Below are positions 19,944 to 29,137 of a stretch of DNA of 64,000 bases, piece by piece (the stretch's first letter is position 1; each line of letters opens with the position of its first letter). The notes beneath the pieces are model-generated. The model was not told the DNA's origin, ran no database searches, and saw only the letters and a list, made by a program, of their open reading frames with translations. The stretch spans positions 1,054,001-1,118,000 of the forward strand of contig VRMN01000002.1 of the NCBI GenBank assembly GCA_008690995.1. Direction: 5' to 3'. Source of the DNA: Porphyridium purpureum (lineage: Eukaryota). Position numbers and translations under genes: made by a program.

Positions 19944-21000
19944 TGTCACGAACCGTGCTGGCCCAGGACACAGCGGCACACCCAACAGCAAGCCAAGCGG
20001 CACACGCACGCACACAAGCTGGACAATCCACGCAACCAAGAGGAAACACAAGACACCCGCAGTCAACTGGACCTGCGGCAGGCAGGAAACCCGGAACCAA
20101 CGACGCTCACGCACGCTGCTCACCCGCGAGCAGCCAAGAGCACCCACACACGGGACCGACAGAACCAACCAAGAGCAGACACACGGGAAAGACACAGCCA
20201 ACCAAGAGCACACGCACGGAGCAGGCACAGCCAACCAAAAGCACACACACGGAAGACGCGCGTAACGGGGGAACCAGGCGTCCGCTGCCCAACCGGGATC
20301 CCGTTCGGCCACACCTTACGGTGATCCGGGACCCGGGGAGGCGTTGTGGGCAGCCGGGGTTAGCCGGAGGAGGTTACCTCACCTTTCGGCTTCAAACGGC
20401 CTATCACTCCTTTATCCGCCCCCGCCCACGTACCACCCCCGGATCCGCTTCCGAACAAGGACCGTCTAACGACGCCTTACCCCAGGGCATCCGCGAACCT
20501 TCCCCGTTAAACCCCCCGCTCGCTCGCTCGCGCTGTACTCCCGCCGTACCCCCGCCGTACCCCCGCCGTACCCCCGCTGTACTCCCGCTGTACCCCCGCT
20601 CCTCAACAGGTATCCAAGGCCCGAACACGCTCCCTTGAATACACCTGTTTTTACTTAGATCCACCTTACTCCTTCTGTCTCCCGACCCCCCTCTCCCCCC
20701 CTTGGTTGCCGACCCGCGCGTCTTTTTATACCCATCGCGACCACTGTACCCCCGAGGTACAGTGCCTTGCTGTCGCTGAGTCTAGAACCTTCCAGAAGGT
20801 TCCAGCCACCTCCTGGCTGTACACCCATTCCATACTGGGTGGTCATCGCGCGTCTGGTCCCTAAGGGTAGGGGCCTTCAGGCCTACCACGCGCCCCCTTG
20901 TACACCTACAGTACAGTGGGTCCGGCGCGACCAGGTATCCGGCCACGGACTATGGCTATTTTTTAATCATTTCCTTAACACACGGGCTACTCCCGTGACA
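19944..21000 (-). repeat. 5' LTR of element B
   Basis: Direct repeat of 13754-14810. HSE aGAAc cTTCc aGAAg gTTCc at 20784-20803, and TATAAAAA on the - strand at ~20723-20730. Confidence 0.97.
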
Positions 21001-22449
21001 TGCACAGAACTCAAATCAGCATGTGCCGAGCCAATTTCAGCGCAACGCGCCAGACTTGGGACCAGAAATAAGCGCACGTACCAGACAAAAACGGTCGCAC
21101 CAGCTTTGGAGAACTGTCATGGACACACACCAAATGAATGAGTTGTTTTTACTGCTGAAAACAGAGAAAACTTGCAAGTGTTATTTACGGACCTAAAAGG
21201 CTCGAATTGGAGGGTTCTGATGACATCCTCTTCTCTTCGGGAGGGCCAAAGCTTACCTCAGTCAACTATTTCATCTGTACTTTTGGTGCACACAGCTTGA
21301 TAACTTGGGAGTGCCAACCGCACCCGAAAATTTAGACTTCTCCTTCGCATGCGACTATCGTATCCCTGTTGAGAGGAGCGCAAGAAACGTGAACATGTTG
21401 GACAGACTTCGGGTGAATGTGAGAGCCGTAAAAAAGCTCAGTTGCTTCATATTTATGTCGCTCTATGTAGCTTGCCTCAAGGCAGAGCAAACCTGATACC
21501 GATTGAAAAGCAAAAAGGTGGAGGCTATAGATAGTCCTGCGCTCCCGCGAGACTTGGATTCAATTGACCATGTTCGGAGACATGTAATAAGCCACGTTTA
21601 CGGTGAATTCTAGCAGCTTTATAGCTTGAAAGAGCTGCGAGAGGCAGATTAGGACGCCCTGGCGAAAATGGAGGGCTCCTGCGTCACAGGCTCGCGTGAC
21701 AGTGTGTCAAAAAGACTCGTTGGAAAGGTCTTGGGCCAAGCAAGGACGTGGTGCTTTTAGAACTCGCTTCTACCCTTCACTGCTGCGGTAAACTCTCTGA
21801 ACTTCCTCTCTTTTTTAATCGTTTGTCACTTTCCCTTGGCGCGTAAAATCTCGACTTCAACGAGTTTACACCAAAGTTACCATGTTTTGTTATAAAAAGT
21901 AACGACCAGCGGGTGTTTTTCATTGAGTGTCACTGGCTGTATGAGATCGATCGCTGCGACACGGAGTCGTGCGCGCTCTGTTCGGAGGTCTCTGTGCGAA
22001 TCACAGAACGACCCCAAAGGGAGGGTGTTCTGTGTTTTTCCAGGGTTCGATTCGACCGTGACTCGTGGCAAAGTGGATGCGGCCCAAAAATCAGACAATC
22101 CTTTCTAGCGGACGGTAAAAATCTGGGTCGCGGAAATCTGACAAGAACTACTTTTCCTCATTGCTCGTGAGTGGGAATCATGCGCGATGTCAGTAGAGGC
22201 CTTGAGCCTGCGGGCCGTTTGCGTAACCGTGCGTGAACCCAGCAAGCCTCAACAGCTTCCGCTGTCGGGTTTAAAAGCGGCCGCGACATCGTTTATTTTG
22301 GCACGTAAGACTCGGTTGGCCACGTGCGGGTGTCGTGAAAGGTAGCGAAGAGGGCAAGGTTGGGTGTGAAGTTTATCTTTGTCGTGTTTGTTGAGGAGAC
22401 CCCTCTTGAACACAGCTGGAGGATCTGACGTTGCCCCGTGACGAACAAG

Positions 22450-23433
22450 ATGGCTCATACGATGGCTGCTCCGGTGATCCTGTTTGCACTGCTGCTGCTC
22501 ACACGCGTGGTGACCGTGCGTGCGGACGACTACGACATTTGTACCTATCGCAACAGCGGATGCACGGGAGACGAGGAGTGCACGGACTCGGACGTGGGCA
22601 AGTGCAAGGCGGTCGATGTTGACGACACCTTGAATACGTTGGGGGTCATTGTCAGCAAGTGCGATGGTGAAACCGCGACATTCAGGATGTGGAGCAGCGA
22701 TGACTGCAGCGGAACGGCGGATCTTGCAGGACTGGCGAATGGTGCGTGTGTCCGCTTCACGGGATCGCCGGAGACCATTTACTTTACGCTCAAGTGCAAG
22801 ACTGGAGACTGCTTTGCGCGGAACTCGAGGATCAAGCTGCAGAGCGGGGACGAGAAGCGACTCGCGGATGTGTCAGTGGGTGATATGGTCGAGAGTTGGG
22901 ACAGCGTCAGCAAGCAGCGCGTGTGGTCCGAGGTGTTCCTGATCCAGCACGGCAACGACGAGTCGACGACCAGGATGAACCGCATCGAGTATTTAACAGC
23001 AGACGGACGCGAAGGGGCTGTGATGGCGTCACCGTCGCACATGCTTCTTGCCGTGGGAACCGGAAACGAGCTTGTGCACGTGGCGACCAAGCGCATCAAG
23101 GAGGGCGACGAGATTGCGGTGCTTGGAGGTGAGGGCGAATCTTCGGCATCGATGAGCCGTGCGCGCGTGACCAAGGTGACGGGGATGAACGCCAAGAAGC
23201 TGAACGTGCACACGATGAACGACAATGTCGTTGTGGACGGCGTGCTGGCGTCGGTCGGAACGGACGTGATGCCACTGTGGATGCAGAAGTTATCTGTAAC
23301 GCCGCTCAAGGCGCTGTACAAGCTCGGCCTGACTGATGTGGTGCAGCGGCTGGACTCGGTTGTGCACCGGCTGTACGTCAGCTTGAAGCAGGGCCACGTT
23401 GCCCGAGCGCTTGCCCAGGCGGGCCTTGCCTGA
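22450..23433 (+). CDS. Secreted Cys-rich protein with Hedgehog/intein (Hint/Hog) autoprocessing domain
   Basis: Hydrophobic signal peptide and an 8-Cys domain, then GD|CFARNSRIKL...LADVSVGD (Hint block A), ASPSHML (block B S/TxxH), TMNDNVVVDGVLAS (Hog C-terminal motif) and an SRR-like amphipathic tail. Confidence 0.88.
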   Translation: MAHTMAAPVILFALLLLTRVVTVRADDYDICTYRNSGCTGDEECTDSDVGKCKAVDVDDTLNTLGVIVSKCDGETATFRMWSSDDCSGTADLAGLANGACVRFTGSPETIYFTLKCKTGDCFARNSRIKLQSGDEKRLADVSVGDMVESWDSVSKQRVWSEVFLIQHGNDESTTRMNRIEYLTADGREGAVMASPSHMLLAVGTGNELVHVATKRIKEGDEIAVLGGEGESSASMSRARVTKVTGMNAKKLNVHTMNDNVVVDGVLASVGTDVMPLWMQKLSVTPLKALYKLGLTDVVQRLDSVVHRLYVSLKQGHVARALAQAGLA

Positions 23434-24016
23434 GCGGTAAATGCAGACCCTCGCGGAACCCACCACCGCTCATGACGCTGCGCATTAGCGAGCCTGCGCT
23501 GCGTTGCTCGTGCTTGGCTGTCCCTCTTTGATGCTGCTGCGTTGTGTCCCAGCTGTGTGCGCATGCCACCACGCTCCTGTCCCACGCGCGCCCATGCGGC
23601 GAACAGAACCCTACCAAAAAAGTGCGGTTGCTCTTCGATCGACAAACTGTACCGCGCCGCATTCTCATTGTGGTGTGTGCTGCTTGGACAGTGCGATGTT
23701 GTCCCTACACGCCACGCCAACGCAGAGTGAGTGGAAACCCCCCTTTTGCCCCACGCCTTCCGCGTGGGCGTGTTGTTGATGGTGGTGGAGGGCAAGCGCC
23801 ATGTTCTACACCGCAGCCGCAGCCGCAGCCGCTGTGGTCATGGGAGCGGTCGATGATGATGGGCTTGTGGCGCCTTGTGGTGGTGGGTGCTGGTTGAATC
23901 GATGGCGAAGGGTTGGTGCGGTTGAGTGGACGCGTGGAGATGGGGAGATAAGGGTAGTGGGGTGGGTGGATGGAGGTGTGGAGAGGGTGGAAGAGCGGAC
24001 GTGCAGGGCACTGAGT

Positions 24017-24075
24017 GAGAGAGAGAGAGAGGGAGGGAGGGATAGAGAGGGAGAGAAGGGGAGAGGCGGAGGGGG
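24017..24075 (+). repeat. GA-rich microsatellite in upstream region
   Basis: (GA)n purine tract. Similar tracts lie at ~48306-48360 and ~55210-55243. Confidence 0.8.
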
Positions 24076-24104
24076 AGGCGTGAGGGCTAGGCAGGACACG
24101 TACT

Positions 24105-24987
24105 ATGGCGGCATTTGTGGGGCAGAGTGGCGCGGCGCTGGGCACCGTCGCCAAGGGTGGGTTCACGCGCGCGCCGCGCGATGGCGCGCTGTGCGTGCGC
24201 GCAGCCGGCCGCACGCGCAGAGGCTGCGGGCGCGCGCCACATGCAGATGAACCTGTTCGAGCGCTTCGGGCGCGTCGTCCGCGCGACCGGGAATAAGATT
24301 GTGGGCTCCATGGAGAACCCGGAGAAAATCCTCGAGCAGACCATGATTGATATGAACAACGATTTGGTCAAGGTCAGGCAGGCGTACGCCGAGGTCTCGG
24401 CCACGGCAAAGAGGATTGAGAGACAGCGCGAGCAGGCCGTCCAGACAGCGACAGAGTGGAAGAGCCGCGCGCAGCTCGCGCTGCAAAAGGGCGACGAGGA
24501 GCTCGCGCGCGAGGCTCTCGTACGCAAGACGCAACAGGATGAGACTGCGGCGTCGCTCACCTCGCAGCTTGAAAACATGTCTGCCAGTGTGGCGAAACTG
24601 CAGGAGTCAATGAGTGAAATCGAATCAAAGATTGCCGAAGCGCAGGGTATGAAAGATGAGCTGATTGCGCGCGCTCGCACCGCTCAGACCACCAACAAGG
24701 TCAATGACATGCTCGGGAACGTCGGCACGTCCAGCGGTCTCGCCGCGTTCGAGCGCATGCGCGAAAAGGTTGAGACACTCGAGGCGCAGAGCGAGATCTC
24801 GTCACAGATGGCGCTCGGCCAGGGCAATAGCAAGGCCACTCCGAGCCTGGAGAGTAGATTCAAGCAGCTCGAATCCGGCAGCGCCGTCGATGCCGAGCTT
24901 GCGAAAATGAAGGCTCAGCTGCCCTCGGCAAAAAACCCAAGGGTGGATGACGAACTGGAACGACTTAGGAAGGAGGCCGGGCTGTAA
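24105..24987 (+). CDS. VIPP1: VIPP1/IM30 (PspA family), plastid-targeted; apparent frameshift in the transit peptide
   Basis: MNLFERFGRVVRA...ENPEKILEQ...ARARTAQT...AFERMREKV. The transit peptide MAAFVGQ starts at 24105 in a different frame from the mature protein. Confidence 0.92.
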
Positions 24988-25133
24988 AAAAAAAAGAAAA
25001 GAGAAACAAAGTTTGATAATGTGGCTCCGCCGGATGGACGCTGTCATGTAACGCGCACATACCTTTCCGCTTCCTTTACATACTGGTGGTAATAAAAGGT
25101 CTTGGTCATTGACTTGAAATTTGAAGGCATAGC

Positions 25134-25739
25134 TCACGGAAACAAGCCGAGCGCGGTCAGGATGCGTTCTGCACTCTCGGTAATACTCCGGGACTCCAGC
25201 AGCATTCTTTCTACATGAATAGCGTGAGCGCGTGCAAGACTGTCACCACACGAGCACAACGTGGGCGCGTCCTCCTGAGCTCCAGCAGGATCATGGTGCC
25301 TTGCGTGAAACTCATTTTCCGCAGCAGCAACAGCAACGTGCTTCACGCACGACATGTGCGAGCGTTCGACAATGCGCAGCGCTGCTCTGCACGATTCCAG
25401 CACATTCCGCTGCTCAGCATCCAGCACAAAGGCTGCGAAGGGCCACTTTGTCGAGTTCACAGCGGGAGAACATGACAGCACAGCTTCAATAGTGCCTAGA
25501 ACACGAGCGGCGCGTTCGGTGTCGCGAACTGCGCTGGAGAAGCCGCAGTCGAATCCTGTTTGCGCGGTGTGTTCGCTGTACGCTGATAGCGCGTCGCGAA
25601 AGCCTTGTTTCTCTAGTCGCTTGCGGACCTCGGCTAAGTCCAAGCCGCCGTCACGACCTGGTGGGGTTCCATATTGCGGTCCGAAAAAGTCGTCATCGTC
25701 TCCAACACTGTCCTCTGAGTCGAGCGCCTGCCTTGCCAT
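25134..25739 (-). CDS. Yae1-like protein
   Basis: RLEKQGFRDAL...QTGFDCGF resembles the Yae1/Lto1 GxxxG repeat region. Confidence 0.65.
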   Translation of the reverse strand: MARQALDSEDSVGDDDDFFGPQYGTPPGRDGGLDLAEVRKRLEKQGFRDALSAYSEHTAQTGFDCGFSSAVRDTERAARVLGTIEAVLSCSPAVNSTKWPFAAFVLDAEQRNVLESCRAALRIVERSHMSCVKHVAVAAAENEFHARHHDPAGAQEDAPTLCSCGDSLARAHAIHVERMLLESRSITESAERILTALGLFP

Positions 25740-26800
25740 GCTGTCAAGCGCTAAATGTTGTCAATGTGCACCTCAAACTTCCGTGGGATAGCTGGATTCA
25801 CTGCGTCAGCGGAAGTGATGTGCATTTGCGCTTCGGTCTCGGCAGACCAGAGATACGCTCGCTGCGGCGCGCGGCACGCGGAGCCGCAAGAGCGGACAGC
25901 GGCGGTTAACATCGACGCGATGGAGCGAAAGATATTTATTTAAGCAGGTCGAGGTGCGTTCGGATCAGTATCAGGCAAAGCCCGCGGTTTCTCGAGCCGA
26001 AACGAGACTTGTCAGCGTACTCAGACAACGACAGAGTCGAAAGAGCCAGTGAATTCCAATCTGCTGGACACCAAGACGTAGATGACCGTTGGCTTGAGAG
26101 CCTGAAGGCTAGTAAGACGCCTCTCTGGGACGCGAGCATCACGATCAAAACCTTCATAAGACAGGCTCGCTTTGCGTTCCTCCGTTGCAGAAGGTCACAA
26201 TAAGGAACAAGAGGCCGATGCGTGAGCATGGGCACGAAATGGTTCAGTCTGTGTCGTACTTGCGCATGATGCAGTGAGTGCGTACTTCCCCCCTTCGGCT
26301 CTCTCCCCATGGGGGCAGCGCACCTACACGGGAAGATTGAATGACTTTCGAACAAGTGATTCGAACTTGTTGTGTCAATTGATCCCGTGCGTGAAGGTGA
26401 TGGCAGGCCAACGTTTAACAAGTCGTCCAGGGCGTCGACGAATCCTTTCAGGCTCGCTACCGGAGACGCCGCATGAGCTTTCGGCATCAACTTTAAAGAT
26501 GGCGTGTCTGCTTGGCATTGACATGGCATTCATGCGCGGATCTAAATCCCTGTGGGCGTCGTTTCTCGGTATCAGGGATAGAAAGATAAATCAGCATGAA
26601 AGCGCAGGCGAGGCGGGCGACAGTCAAGCGCCACCGTGGCTGACTAGAACTCTCGTTCGGTTCCCCTGGTCCAACTCCGTAGGTACGAGGACTTGCAGTC
26701 TTAGGGAAAGCGTAGGCTCCAAAGGTATAGTTCTCGCAGCACAAAGAATCTGAAGCATTAGGTGCGAAAATAACGGACGATTGATGAGCACCATTGCTTT

Positions 26801-27874
26801 CTATGTGCCTTCTTCCTCATCTTCGCCGTCGTCTTCGATCACGACCCGCTTCGCTTCAATCCGCTTCCGTCGGGCCAGACGAGCTGCGCGTGAGTCGTCG
26901 GTTTCCTCAAAGTCCCGCACGCTCCCGTAATGCTCTTGCTGGTGGTAACTAAGAAGTAGCGTCGGAAATTCGAGCATGCGGGGATTTGTGTCTTGCACCT
27001 GGGTGTCCAGTATCTCGCCCATCGTTGATGTCCGGTCCGGATCCACGCGGACGCCAGCATTGTCTAGTGACTTGGGGTCAAAGTTAACGATTTCGATTGG
27101 TCTTGCGTCGAGGATGTAAATACGAAAGTTGGCGTGAAGTAGCATGGAAAGTGCTTGCAACTCCATGTTGCCGGCCCAAGTGCCGTCCTCGCGCATTTCT
27201 GATACATACACGTCAAACTTGCGATCCTCATCAACGAACGGAGCAAAGATTTCCTCGTGTTTCTCCATGTAGTCGCAGCATCGCGCTCTCAGCTCCTCGA
27301 TGCTCGAATGAGCCCACCGACAAGCTCTGCAGCTCAGAACGGACTTTTTTCGGTCAGACGTGTCCATGCTCCTGACCTGATTTCGTTCAGGCGTTCTTTG
27401 CGAGCGTGAATAGCTTCCTATGACAGGAATCCAGTCCCCTTCATTTTCTGCTGAAGAATTTCCATCGTCGCCGGGACTTTCTTCTTCTACGCCGGGCTCA
27501 TCTTTCTGTACATCGTCATTCTCATCATCGACAGTTGTCATTTCAGTTATGCCAGCCTCCACGTACCGCGCGCGATGCTTCTCGCGATGAACGCACAACT
27601 GGTCCATAACCGCGCGGAAAAGGCAATTTCCATCGCGCTCTGTGTCGAAAATTGTCTTGCTCGCCGGCTCCAGGAACAAGTTGAATTTAGCCAGATCTTC
27701 CAGATCACTGGCGCTGAGCGTGTCCTTTCCGTGAACCTTCGCCGAGCCCTTACCACCATTCCGTCGTCGAGTACTGCCTCCCTTATTCGACTGCTGCCGC
27801 TGGTGCTGCTGATGTTGTTGAGACTGGCTCTTTTTCGCCCGCTTTCCCGTCGAACCTGCTCTTTTTCCGCCCAT
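26801..27874 (-). CDS. OTU-family deubiquitinase
   Basis: Catalytic motifs DGNCLFRA, GTWAGNMELQALS and LSYHQQEHYGSV. Confidence 0.9.
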   Translation of the reverse strand: MGGKRAGSTGKRAKKSQSQQHQQHQRQQSNKGGSTRRRNGGKGSAKVHGKDTLSASDLEDLAKFNLFLEPASKTIFDTERDGNCLFRAVMDQLCVHREKHRARYVEAGITEMTTVDDENDDVQKDEPGVEEESPGDDGNSSAENEGDWIPVIGSYSRSQRTPERNQVRSMDTSDRKKSVLSCRACRWAHSSIEELRARCCDYMEKHEEIFAPFVDEDRKFDVYVSEMREDGTWAGNMELQALSMLLHANFRIYILDARPIEIVNFDPKSLDNAGVRVDPDRTSTMGEILDTQVQDTNPRMLEFPTLLLSYHQQEHYGSVRDFEETDDSRAARLARRKRIEAKRVVIEDDGEDEEEGT

Positions 27875-28134
27875 GTCACCGTCGCGTGAGGTTCGTGTTT
27901 CGTCGAGCGCCGGACAACCAAGTCTCCGCTCTGGCCCGTGGTCGCCATTCCCTCACCTCCGCGCGAGAATAACTCGGTCTGGCCGACTCGTCTTCATATA
28001 AATGCGGCCTCCTTTCATATAAAGTGCGCGCATGGCGCGTGGATCGACAACGCTCGTGCGCGCGTGTGCGAGTCCGAAAGCTGAGTCTCGCGTGTGGATG
28101 AAGGCATGTCACGTCAAGTCAGGTCCGGTCAAAG

Positions 28135-28851
28135 ATGAGCCCGACAACGTATCAGGAAAAGACGCTGATCCAGGCAATGATTTCACATGGCGCTGCCGAG
28201 GCCTCGTCGTTTGCAGAGTTGTTCTACCGGTGCATGACCTTGCGGATGGCCGATGAGGTCGCTGACGCTGAGAATGCGTTGGCGAGACAGTGGCAGGATG
28301 CGCCAATGGTACTGACTCGCCCGGTCGAGGCAGCGGTTATGACCGCGGCGCTAGGAATGCTGAACGAAAAGATTTCGTGGCTTGACATGGAAATTTCGAC
28401 GCTTACGTTCTGCGTGGATGGGAAGGTGTATTATGGGTTTGTGAACACGACAGCCGACGAGGTGACCAAGCACGCGACCAAGATGAGCGAGGCGCAGCGC
28501 GCATTGTTCTACGCTGTTGTGAGCAACCTCCTGGAGACCAGCGCAGAACTAGAGCAGGACACCCTGAATGTTGATGACCCGCGCAGCCACGCGACGAGGC
28601 AAGCCATCCAGACCATTTACTCTAGTGGCCTGGAGTACACAGAGGTCGAGTCACTTGGATTATCTGCACAAGGCAACCTCCACCTTCGTCCCTCAGACGT
28701 TGAGGCGTGTGTCCTGGAACTCGCCGACAAGCATTGGCTTCGTCTGATTCGCACCATCCACAACATCGAGTACGTCCAGCTCGGGCCGCGCGCAGTTCTC
28801 GAACTTTCTGAAGCGCGAGAATGGAACAACAACCGACTGATGAGAGGCTAG
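28135..28851 (+). CDS. NSE1: Nse1-like subunit of the SMC5/6 complex (no RING visible)
   Basis: YYGFVNT..DEVTKHAT and LADKHWL...LGPRAVLEL are typical Nse1 winged-helix motifs. Confidence 0.7.
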   Translation: MSPTTYQEKTLIQAMISHGAAEASSFAELFYRCMTLRMADEVADAENALARQWQDAPMVLTRPVEAAVMTAALGMLNEKISWLDMEISTLTFCVDGKVYYGFVNTTADEVTKHATKMSEAQRALFYAVVSNLLETSAELEQDTLNVDDPRSHATRQAIQTIYSSGLEYTEVESLGLSAQGNLHLRPSDVEACVLELADKHWLRLIRTIHNIEYVQLGPRAVLELSEAREWNNNRLMRG

Positions 28852-29137
28852 ATCATGTACAGAAGGGCTTTAAGCTCAGACAATAGTGAGCACGATCAAT
28901 ACGAGCGGCACCGACGCTCCCGCGTGAACGCATTGTAAACTGCAGAGTCGACAAATGAGCGAATGAGTCATTTGCAAGTCTTACCGAGAACCACTGACAT
29001 GTCGACGTGTTCGGGGATGTGCTGCAGAATAAATGTACAGTAAAGGCATTATCGAGGAAGCCATGCCGCGATTACGTGTGCTTTGCACGACAAATGTTGC
29101 ATTCATGTGCATACAAGCGGACTGCATGGATTTCAAG

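Larger units (their letters stand above)
13754..21000 (-). mobile_element. Ty3/gypsy LTR retrotransposon (element B), intact, with chromodomain
   Basis: 1057-bp LTRs (TGTCACG...CGTGACA) at 13754-14810 and 19944-21000. 4-bp TSD TGCA at 13750-13753 and 21001-21004. PPT on the - strand at 14811-14823. Intact gag and pol. Confidence 0.97.

Noticed and set aside
22779..23795. 338-aa minus-strand ORF, and similarly 52864-53694 on +
   Set aside because: Antisense to well-supported genes (Hint protein, DXS) with strong GC3 bias.
25900..26760. Short overlapping ORFs between the Yae1-like and OTU genes
   Set aside because: No recognisable motifs and interrupted frames. Could be a small or decayed gene but I cannot support a call.
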